Positions 47,963 through 58,500 of a stretch of DNA of 64,000 nt are shown one piece after another. The DNA comes from Polyangiales bacterium (GTDB taxonomy: Bacteria; Myxococcota_A; Polyangia; Polyangiales; Ga0077539), in NCBI GenBank assembly GCA_044229975.1, contig JBGARZ010000001.1, positions 192,001-256,000 of the forward strand, given 5' to 3'. The notes beneath the pieces are model-generated. The model was given only the letters and a program-made list of their open reading frames with translations. It was not told where the DNA came from and did not search any database. Positions within the stretch are counted from its first letter, which is position 1; every line of letters starts with the position of its first letter. The translations under genes were made by a program, and so were the position numbers.

Positions 47963-49093
47963 ATGAGGTTCCAGGGCGTCAAGCCGTCGCTGATTCTTAC
48001 GCAGGTTCGTAACACCGCCGCCTGGGCGCTCGACGGCCCGACCGACGGCGTCGCCCACTCGTGGCGCCGCTCACTGCTCTCGGCCGCGGACATCGCCCAG
48101 GGTCACGACCCCGAAGGCGCCTACCTCCGTCTCATGCTCGCGGCCCACCACGCCACCGTCGCGACCTTCGTCCCCACCGACCTCGACAGCCAGATTCGGT
48201 TCCACGCCTGGCAGCGGTGCAACACGCCCGACGAGCTTCGCGCCGCTGCCGCCGTGCTCGACGAGACGGCGTCGTGGTCGCAGCGCCAGGTGTCGGCCCG
48301 CGTCGTCGACGTGCCCGGCGTCGGGTCGCTCTCGGGTCACGACGGCGAGTGGCTGGCCGTGCGCGCGGGCGCCCTCGGGCGTGCCCTCACCCTCGACGAC
48401 GACGCCACCGCCGACGCGCAGGTCGCCTTCATCGACGCGTCGCTCCAGCGCCACGCCGAGGCCTTCGCCGCCGTGCGCGCCGCGAAGGGCCGCGAGCTCG
48501 TCGCGCTCTCGGTGGTCGCGACCATCGCGCACAACCTCGGCGACCTCTCGCGCGTGGTGGAGTCGTGGCCGTCGAAGTCACCCGCCGCCGTCGGGCTGCG
48601 GCGCCGCTACGCCCGCCTGGGACACGAGACCGAAGGCGACCCGCGCTTCGCCCTCGCGGGGCGCATCTACAAGCGCGCCATGGCCTCCGAAAACCCGCGC
48701 TTCCTCGGGCTGCGCGCGGCGCGCTCGCTGCGGGTGCACCGCGACCTGCTGTCGGGCATCGGGCCCTTCTTCGACGAGTGGGGCGAGGTCATCGCGCGGC
48801 ACCCGGTGCTCGCCGACGACGCGCCGGGCGGCGACCTCGGCGGGCGCGGTGCGGTGCTCGCCGCGCTGGTGTCGAGCCACCTGTCGGCGCCGACGGTGCA
48901 GGGGTTCTTGCGGGCCATCGCAGGATTCCACCGCGTGGTGCCGGGCGGCGTCGAGCGCTACGCCGACGAGGTCGCCGCGAGGGAGCGTGGAGCGTTGAAG
49001 ACGGGGGCGATTCGCGAAGCACTGGGGGTCGACCGCGAGCGCTTCGAGGCGAGGATGGTCAACCGCTACCGGGCGGCGGTCGACGCGGGGTAG
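47963..49093 (+). CDS. Hypothetical protein (helical, 376 aa)
   Basis: Long ORF with GC3-rich codons; no family recognised. Confidence 0.7.
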   Translation: MRFQGVKPSLILTQVRNTAAWALDGPTDGVAHSWRRSLLSAADIAQGHDPEGAYLRLMLAAHHATVATFVPTDLDSQIRFHAWQRCNTPDELRAAAAVLDETASWSQRQVSARVVDVPGVGSLSGHDGEWLAVRAGALGRALTLDDDATADAQVAFIDASLQRHAEAFAAVRAAKGRELVALSVVATIAHNLGDLSRVVESWPSKSPAAVGLRRRYARLGHETEGDPRFALAGRIYKRAMASENPRFLGLRAARSLRVHRDLLSGIGPFFDEWGEVIARHPVLADDAPGGDLGGRGAVLAALVSSHLSAPTVQGFLRAIAGFHRVVPGGVERYADEVAARERGALKTGAIREALGVDRERFEARMVNRYRAAVDAG

Positions 49094-49600
49094 TCAGTTG
49101 CCGCCGACGCCGGGGATGACCACCTGGACGCCGCCCACGTTGACCCGCGTCTGACCGTTGCCCTGCTGCACGGTAACCGGCGGACCGCCGTTGACGCCGG
49201 GGATGTTGATGGGTGTCGTGGTGGTTCCGTTGCGGGTCGACGGGCGCGCGGTGGTGGGCGCTGCCGCGGCAGCCGTCGGCGCGGCGGGAGCGGGCGCGGT
49301 GCCCGCGTCGGCGGTGGCCATGACCGGCGGTGCGGCCGGGGCAGCGGGCGGAGCGCCGGTCGGAGGCGCGGCGCCCGGAGCGAGGCCGGTCGCGGCGCCT
49401 GCGTCGGGGGTGGCCATGGCGTTGGGGCCGGGCATCACGGTGCCCGCGTCGACCACGGCAACGGGCATCGGCGGCGGCGGGGCGACGGGCGGTGCGGTGG
49501 TGGTCACGGGGGTCGGGGCGGGCGGCGCGGTGGTCTCGTTGCGCTGCTTGCAAGCGACGACCGAGAGGGCGAGGGCGAAGGCGATGCTGGGTGTCTTCAT
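49094..49600 (-). CDS. Pro/Ala/Thr-rich lipoprotein
   Basis: MKTPSIAFALALSVVAC lipobox. Confidence 0.7.
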   Translation of the reverse strand: MKTPSIAFALALSVVACKQRNETTAPPAPTPVTTTAPPVAPPPPMPVAVVDAGTVMPGPNAMATPDAGAATGLAPGAAPPTGAPPAAPAAPPVMATADAGTAPAPAAPTAAAAAPTTARPSTRNGTTTTPINIPGVNGGPPVTVQQGNGQTRVNVGGVQVVIPGVGGN

Positions 49601-49743
49601 GGAGGCTTCCGTGAGGGGTGTTGGGAGGGTCAGTCGGCGATGAGACGCGCGAGGCCCGCGATCATTGGCGTGCGCGTCGGCGCGGACACTTCAGTTCGAC
49701 CAGAGGCATCGGCTCACCCTCGGCGGAAGGTTGTACCAGAAGC

Positions 49744-51834
49744 TCAATCCGGTCGGCAGCCGTCGCCGCCGCAGGTGTCGATGATCTCGCCCGTGCGGAA
49801 GAAGGTGACCATCTGCCGCTGGTGCCACTCGCGCTGCCGCGGCTGCCCGTGCGGGTTGGCCATGAGGTCGGGCGGGGGGATGTTGCCCGGCGCCGGCCAC
49901 GCGTTGCCGAAGTTGTAGAGCACCACGCCCGAACCGCGCCGCGGGTACGGCGCCTGGGTGATGCCGAAGGGCGTACGGACGTCGTCGTAGTTCTGCATGA
50001 GCGAGATGCCGAAGTCCGAGCGGGCGGCGATCTCGTTGGTGAACACCGCCACCTCGTAGTCGCCGCGCGCGGGCGCCAGGATGACCTCGTGCGCGGTGTT
50101 GCCGGGGAAGGGTTCCTGGTGGATGTGCCGCAGGTAGCTCACCGGGTCGGTGGAGTCCCAGAGGAGCTGCACGTACGCGAGCCCGACGGCCTGGTCGGCG
50201 GTCGACGGGTACGAGCGGCGCAGGCCCTCGAAGTACCCGGTGAAGTCCCGCGAGCGGTGCAGCAGCGTGAAGTAGTTGTTGCCCGGGACCCCCAGGTGAC
50301 CGCGCGTCACGTCGGGCGTCACGGCCATGAAGGTCGCGCCGAAGATGCCGCCCTGCGAGATGCCCGAGTAGAAGAGCTCGTCGCGGTTGACGCGGATGTT
50401 GCGGCTGGCCACCTCGGGCAGCGAACCCAGTTGCTCACGCACGGCGCGGGCGAGCAGCACCCACTCGGTCATGCCCTGGTGCAGGCGGTCGGTGGTCGAG
50501 GTGAAGTTCGAGGCGTCGCGCAGGGTGGCGAAGACGCTCGCGAGGTCTTCCTCGGACATGCCCGTGAGGTTGGCCGCGACGAAGATGAGGTTGTTGGTGT
50601 TGGCGATGTGGCCGTTGTACCCGGCGCGCACCTCCTCGGCCGAACCGAGCAGCCCGTGGCCGTAGAGCACCAGCCCGTGCGGCGCGCCGCCCAGCGCCGA
50701 GTGCGGGATGCGAATCCAGAAGCGCGCTTGCCGCGTCCCGTTGGCGACGGGGCGCTCGCCGTCGACGTTCATCGCCCAGCCCGAGAGCGAGCCCAGCCGG
50801 CGCACGTGCATGTAGTGCGGAACCTCGATGTACCCGGTGAGCTCCAGCGCGATGTTGTCGTCGAAGGGTCGCCCGCTGCCGTCGCGCATCGGCAGGAAGG
50901 TCGTCGTCCCGTCCACCACCAGGCGCGGCCCGGTCGACCCCACGCGCATCAACGCGTCGTCGCGCATCGCGAGCAGCCGACCGTGGATGCGCTCCGAGCT
51001 GCCCGTGTGGAAGTCCCACGCGAGGGTGAGCGTCGAGCGCTGCACGCCCGCGCCTTCGAGCAGGGTGAACACCTCGTTGAAGCGCTCCTGTCGCGGGGCG
51101 AGCGCCATGTCGCCCGTCGTCATGTTGTCGCGCAGCCGCTGGAACGCTGTCGACGGTGCGATGGTCGCCCCCGCGGTGGTGCGTAGATCGCGGAAGGCCA
51201 CCACGTAGCGGGTGTTCTCCTTCAAGATCACCCCGGGCCGCAGGAACAAGATCTTCCGCGCCGTCATCGACTCCTGCGAGTCGAGCTCCACGAAGTACGG
51301 AACCCGCGTGAGGGTCGTGCCCTGCACCTCGTAGAGCAGCGCCGTCGCGGCCGGGGCCATGGAGCGGTCCATGTGCTCCTCGGTGGCCATCGCAGTGAGG
51401 TCGATGTTGGGGAAGCTCGTCATGATGGGCGAGCCGACGCCGTAGCCGTCGAGGCGCTGGAGGGGTCGCGGGTCGATGGGGTCGCCGCCGACGTTGGACG
51501 GCAGCGAAGTGGCGCCGAGGGTGAGCGAGTAGCCCGTGCGGCGCGTGGCGTCGCGGCGGAGGTAGAGGTTCGACGGCCACGGGAAGGCGCACACGCTCGG
51601 GTCGATGGGGTCGCAGTCTCCGCCCGGGAGCGTCGGCGCGACGCCCGCGTCGTCGTCGGGGAGCGGACCACTATCGACGATGAGCTTCGGCACATCGGGC
51701 GTCTGCACGACGACGTCGACGAGGCTCACGTCGGCGGCCGCGGCGTCGCGCGGTGGTTCGACGGCGGTCTCGGTGCAGCCCGCGAGGGCGGAGAGGACGA
51801 CCGGGAGGAAAGCGAAACGTCGGCGCGTGGACAT
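49744..51834 (-). CDS. Lipoprotein with Ig-like region and alpha/beta-hydrolase-like domain
   Basis: LAGC lipobox; YGHGLLG oxyanion-like and GISQGG nucleophile motifs. Confidence 0.75.
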   Translation of the reverse strand: MSTRRRFAFLPVVLSALAGCTETAVEPPRDAAAADVSLVDVVVQTPDVPKLIVDSGPLPDDDAGVAPTLPGGDCDPIDPSVCAFPWPSNLYLRRDATRRTGYSLTLGATSLPSNVGGDPIDPRPLQRLDGYGVGSPIMTSFPNIDLTAMATEEHMDRSMAPAATALLYEVQGTTLTRVPYFVELDSQESMTARKILFLRPGVILKENTRYVVAFRDLRTTAGATIAPSTAFQRLRDNMTTGDMALAPRQERFNEVFTLLEGAGVQRSTLTLAWDFHTGSSERIHGRLLAMRDDALMRVGSTGPRLVVDGTTTFLPMRDGSGRPFDDNIALELTGYIEVPHYMHVRRLGSLSGWAMNVDGERPVANGTRQARFWIRIPHSALGGAPHGLVLYGHGLLGSAEEVRAGYNGHIANTNNLIFVAANLTGMSEEDLASVFATLRDASNFTSTTDRLHQGMTEWVLLARAVREQLGSLPEVASRNIRVNRDELFYSGISQGGIFGATFMAVTPDVTRGHLGVPGNNYFTLLHRSRDFTGYFEGLRRSYPSTADQAVGLAYVQLLWDSTDPVSYLRHIHQEPFPGNTAHEVILAPARGDYEVAVFTNEIAARSDFGISLMQNYDDVRTPFGITQAPYPRRGSGVVLYNFGNAWPAPGNIPPPDLMANPHGQPRQREWHQRQMVTFFRTGEIIDTCGGDGCRPD

Positions 51835-51915
51835 CGGTGCCGGGGATTAGGTCGACGGTGCGACGGGCGGTCAAGGGCGTGACAGGAGCCCCGCGGATCA
51901 ACGACCATCCCGGAC

Positions 51916-53132
<1,217 letters not shown>

Positions 53133-53136
<4 letters not shown>

Positions 53137-54413
53137 GCGCAGCGCCTTCGGGGGGGCGGTTTCCGCTGTCGGCGCGCATCGTCGTGGCGGTGGTGCTGGG
53201 CATCCTCGCGGCGTGGGTGCTCGGTCCGCGCGCGGCGGTGCTGGGCGACGTCGGGATGCTGGTGATCCGCGTGCTCAAGGCGTTGGCGACGCCGCTCATC
53301 CTCTTCGCGGTGCTCGACGCCTTCGCGCGAACGGAGATCCCCGGTCGGCAGGCGGGGCGCCTCTTCGCGCTCTCGACGCTCAACGCCGTGGTGGCCATCG
53401 TGCTCGGGCTCGGCGTCTCGCACACCATCAACGCCGGCGCTCGCTGGCAGGGTCACCTCGACGAGCTCCTCGGGCCGGCCGCCCACGCCGGACCGGCCGC
53501 CCATGCGCGAGAGGGCGCCGCGCCCACGCTCAACCCGCTGACCAACCTCGGCCGGATGATTCCCGAGAGCGTCGTCGAGCCCTTCGTGAAGAACCAGGTC
53601 ATCTCCGCGGTGCTCATCGCCGTCGCGCTGGGCATCGCGCTGCGCGCCCTCAAGCGCGTCAACGACCCGGCGCTCGCGCCCGCCCTCGCGACCTGGGAGT
53701 CCTTCGCGCACGGCGGCCTCGCGCTCTTCACGACGGTGCTGCAAGGCGTCGTGAAGGTGGTTCCCTTCGCGGTGTTTGGCGTGGTGGCGAGCGTCGTCGC
53801 GCGCACCGGCGTCGGGGTGTTTGGTGCGCTCGGGCCCTTCCTCGGAACGGTGCTGCTCGGGCTCTTCCTCCACGCGGTGGTCTGGTACGGCATCCTCGTG
53901 ACCGTCGCCGCGCGGCGCTCGCCGCTCGCCTTCTTCGCGGGCGCCGCGGACGCTGCGCTGACGGCGCTCTCCTGCGGGTCGAGCCTCGCGTCGCTGCCCG
54001 TGACGCTGCGGTGCCTTCAAGAGAAGCTCGGCGTCTCGCCCGCGTCGGCGCGCCTCGCCGCGTGCGTCGGAACCAACCTCAACCACGACGGCATCATCCT
54101 GTACGAAGCGGCCGCGGCGATCTTCGTGACGCAGGCGCTGGGCGCGCACCTCACGATCTCGCAGCAGGTGACGGTGGCGCTCTCGTCGGTGATGGCGGGC
54201 ATCGGCATCGCGGGTGTGCCGGAGGCGGGGCTCATCACGCTGCCGCTGGTGCTGGGCGCCGCCGGGGTGTCGGACGCGACGGTGACGGCGGTGGTTCCGT
54301 TGTTGTTGCCCATCGACTGGCTGGTGGGCCGCGGGCGCGCGGCGACCAACGTGCTCAGCGACATGGCCGTGGCCACGGTGCTCGACCGCTGGGCCGACAA
54401 GGAGGCGACGTGA
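53133..54413 (+). CDS. Dicarboxylate/amino acid:cation symporter (DAACS)
   Basis: Multi-[32 protein letters not shown] overlaps the upstream stop. Confidence 0.88.
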
Positions 54414-55513
54414 GGGCGACGTTGCTGTGGGCGATGGCGCTCGCGATGACGACAGGCTGCGTGGAGTGGGCGCGCACGGACGGCAACGTGCCGGACGTCG
54501 TGACTCCGACAGACGCGGCAACGGACGCGGCGACAGTGGACACCGGGTCGACGGACACCGGGTCGACGGACGTGCCCGCGGTGGATGCGCCGAGCGACGA
54601 CGTGCCGACGATGGATGTGCCCGCGCGCGACGTGGTGACGGATGTTCCGGTCGACGCGCCAATCGATCGACCCGTCGGCACCGACGTGCAGGACGCGGGT
54701 GTTGCGGAAGACCGTGGGACGCCGGTCGACGTGCCGATGGATGTGCCTCCGCGAGACGTGGGTGTGGACGTTCCGGGCACCGACACGCCGACGGATGAGT
54801 GCACCACTGGAGCGACGCGCGCCTGCTACACCGGCCCGGACGGCACCGCAGGCATGGGAGTCTGCGTGCGCGGGATGCAGGGCTGCGTCGGCGGTCGGTG
54901 GGAGACGGCGTGCGCGGGACAGGTCGTCCCATTGGGAGCGGAGGTCTGCGGCAACGCGACGGACGATGATTGCGACGGGATGCTCAACGAGGGATGCGCG
55001 GTGACCTGCGCGGCGGGCACATCCGACTGCAACGGGACGTCGAGCGACGGCTGCGAGGTGGTGCACGCGACGGCCACCAACACCTGCGGCACCGGCGACG
55101 ACCTCGGCACCTACTGCGGCGACACGGCCTGCGGCACCCTCTGCGGAACCACCACGACGGTGCGCTCCGTTCGCTCGCCGACGGGCAACCGGTCGACGTT
55201 CTTCCGCGGGCGCATCAACGACTGCCAGTCGGGCTGCGGCACCAACCTCAGCGCGCAGCTCACGCTCGCCGTGCCCGCGGGAGCCGACTACGACCTCTTC
55301 GTGTACCGCCCCTGCGGCACGACCTCGGCCCGCAGCGAGATGCGCGGCGTGGGGTTGACCGAGCGGGCCACGCTGACCCAGCCCGACGGCCTCACCACCA
55401 CCGACTCCTTCGACTACGTCGTCGAGGTCCGATGGATCAGCGGCGCCTCGTGCTCGCCGTGGACCCTCACCCTCGAAGCCCGCAGCGCCACCGCCGCCGC
55501 CACCTGTCCCTGA
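54410..55513 (+). CDS. Cys-rich lipoprotein with myxobacterial metal-binding motif and PPC-like C-terminal domain
   Basis: AAGGAGG RBS; TTGC lipobox; DVP linker; EVCGNATDDDCDGMLNEGC; ADYDLFVY. Confidence 0.75.
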   Translation: MRATLLWAMALAMTTGCVEWARTDGNVPDVVTPTDAATDAATVDTGSTDTGSTDVPAVDAPSDDVPTMDVPARDVVTDVPVDAPIDRPVGTDVQDAGVAEDRGTPVDVPMDVPPRDVGVDVPGTDTPTDECTTGATRACYTGPDGTAGMGVCVRGMQGCVGGRWETACAGQVVPLGAEVCGNATDDDCDGMLNEGCAVTCAAGTSDCNGTSSDGCEVVHATATNTCGTGDDLGTYCGDTACGTLCGTTTTVRSVRSPTGNRSTFFRGRINDCQSGCGTNLSAQLTLAVPAGADYDLFVYRPCGTTSARSEMRGVGLTERATLTQPDGLTTTDSFDYVVEVRWISGASCSPWTLTLEARSATAAATCP

Positions 55514-55535
55514 CGACCCGCGCCTGCGTCCGCGC

Positions 55536-58500
55536 ATGGACGATATGGGCTTCCTGCGTTACGCCGTCCCCATGGTGGCCCTCCGCTCCGTCCTCGGCGT
55601 CCGTCCGTTCGCGCTCGCGCTGCTCTCCCTCACCCTCGCGCTGAGCTGTACCGCGCCGTCCCCGCCGGTCGGCCAGTGCCGCTACGACTCGGACTGTTCG
55701 GACGGGCAGATCTGCCAGGGCACCACCTGCCGCGCCACCTGCCGCACCACCACCGACTGCCCCACGGGTCAGACCTGCCAGGAGCGCGACGGCGCCCGCG
55801 CCTGCGTCCCGATGGGAGCTCCCGGCGAGTGCGCCTTCGCGAGCGACTGCCCCGCCGGACGGATCTGCACCCAGGACGGCGCGTGTCGCCCGCCCTGCGT
55901 CCAGAACTACGACTGCGAGGTCATCAACCCCTTCATGAGCTGCCGCGAGGGCGCGTGCGTCCTCACCTGCTCCGCCGGCCGCGGCGACTGCAACGTCGAC
56001 CCCGTCGACGGCTGCGAGACCGACCTCCGCTCCGCCCTCCACTGCGGCGCCTGCGGAACCGTCTGCACCGCCCCCGCCCACGCCGTCTCGGCCTGCGGTG
56101 CGACGGGGTGCACCTTCACCTGCGAGCCGGGCTTCGGCGACTGCGACGGCGACGCCACCAACGGCTGCGAGGCCGACCTCTCGCGCCCCGACCACTGCGG
56201 CACCTGCGAGACCGTCTGCGGCGGCGCGAGCCCCCTGTGCACCGTGTCCATCACCGGTGGCGTGCGGCGGGCGTCGTGCGCCGTTGCCTGCTCGGGCGAG
56301 ACCCCCGACCGCTGCGGCGACTCCTGCGTCAACCGCGTCAACGACCCCGGCCACTGCGGGGCCTGTGACAACCGCTGCCCGGGCGGCCCGCGCGGCGCCG
56401 CGGTGTGCGTCGCGAGCGAGTGCGTCCTGCGCTGCGACGACGCGACGGCGGTGGGTGACTGCGACGGCGTCGCGAGCAACGGCTGCGAGACCGACGTGAC
56501 CGCCGCCGCCCCCCACTGCGGCGCCTGCGGCAACGTCTGCGCCGCCGCCCCCAACTCGACGCCCGCGTGCATGCGCGGCGCGTGCGCCGTCGTCTGCGCG
56601 ACGGGCTTCGGCAACTGCGACAGCGCCCCCGCCAACGGCTGCGAGGTCGACCTCGCCGCGACCCCCGCCCACTGCGGAACCTGCGGCAACGCCTGCCCCG
56701 CCCGCCCGCACGCCGCGGCCACCTGCGCCGACTCGCGCTGCGGGTTCACCTGCGACGCGGGCTTCGCCGACTGCGACGGCGACCCGAGCAACGGCTGCGA
56801 GGTCGAGCTCGCGACGGCGCCCGCCAACTGCGGCGCCTGCGGGAGCGCGTGCGTCGTGGCCAACGGCGTCGCGGGCTGCGCGGCCGGGGCGTGCACCCTC
56901 GCGCGCTGCAACGAGGGCTTCGGCGACTGCGACGGTGACCCGGGCAACGGCTGCGAGACCAACCTCGGCACCAACGCCACCCACTGCGGGGCGTGCGGCA
57001 CGCGGTGCTCGTTCCCCGGCGCGGGCGCGCGGTGCAACGCGGGCCGCTGTGAGTCGACGCAGGTGTGCATGCCCTCGACGCTCGGCGACTGCGACGGCAA
57101 CGCGAGCAACGGCTGCGAGACCGACCTGCTCACCTCCTCGGCCCACTGCGGAACCTGCGGCGCCGCCTGCTCCCTCCCCAACGCCGAGTCGTCGTGCGGC
57201 GCGGGCCGCTGCGCCATCGTCCGCTGCAACGCGGGCTTCGCCGACTGCGACGGCATGCCCGCCAACGGCTGCGAGACCAACCTCAACACCAGCGCCACGG
57301 CGTGCGGCCGATGCGGCAACGCGTGTAGCACCAGCAACGCCACGCCCGCGTGCGCGGCGGGGGTGTGCCGCCTCACCTGCGCGGTCGACTTCGCCGACTG
57401 CGACGGCAACCTCGGCAACGGCTGCGAGACGCCCACCAACAGCAGCACCGCCCACTGCGGCGGCTGCGGGCGCGCCTGCTCGCTGCCCAACGCCACGCCG
57501 GTGTGCACCAACAGCCGCTGCGCGGTCGCGAGCTGCGCTGCGGGCACGGCCGACTGCAACGCCGCCGCGGCCGACGGCTGCGAGGTGGTGCTCGGCACCA
57601 GCGTTCTCCACTGCGGCATGTGCGGGCGCGCGTGCAGTCTCGCCAACGCCACGGCGGCGTGCACGGGCGGGAGCTGCACCATCGCGAGATGCAACGCCGG
57701 CTTCGGCGACTGCGACGGCGACCCGAGCAACGGCTGCGAGACCAACCTCGCCACGACGCCCGCCCACTGCGGCCGCTGCGGCGGGGCGTGCGGGGCCATC
57801 AACGGCTCGGCCACCTGCACCGCGGGCGCGTGCGGCATCACCTGCGCGACGGGCTACGGCAACTGCGACGGCAGCCTCGTCAACGGCTGCGAGACGCTCA
57901 CCACCAGCAGCAACAGCCACTGCGGTCGCTGCAACAACGCGTGCGGCACGGGCTTCGTGTGCAGCGCCGGGGCGTGCGGGTCGGTGTGCGGGTCGGGGAC
58001 GACGTTCTGCTCGGGGGCGTGCGTCAACACGCAGACGAGCCCGGCCAACTGCGGCGCCTGCGGGGTGACCTGCCCGGGCGCGGCCAACGCGACGGCGACG
58101 TGCGCGAGCGGGGCGTGTTCGTTCCGTTGCAGCGCGGGCTTCGGTGATTGCGACGGGTCGGCCGCCAACGGCTGCGAGACCAGCTTCGCCACCAGCCCCG
58201 CCCACTGCGGCGGCTGCGGCAATGCCTGCAACCCCACCAACGGCACGCCCACCTGCGCGGCCGGCGCGTGCGGCATCACCTGCGCGACGGGCTTCGGCAA
58301 CTGCGACGGCTCGGCCGCCAACGGCTGCGAGGTCGACCTCCGCAGCACCGTCACCTCGTGCGGGTCGTGCGGCGCCGCGTGCTCGCTCCCCAACGCCACG
58401 CCGGCGTGCATGGCGAGCGCCTGCGCGGTGTCGAGCTGCACCACCGGCTTCGCCAACTGCGACGCCGTCGCGAGCAACGGCTGCGAGATCGATCAGCGCA

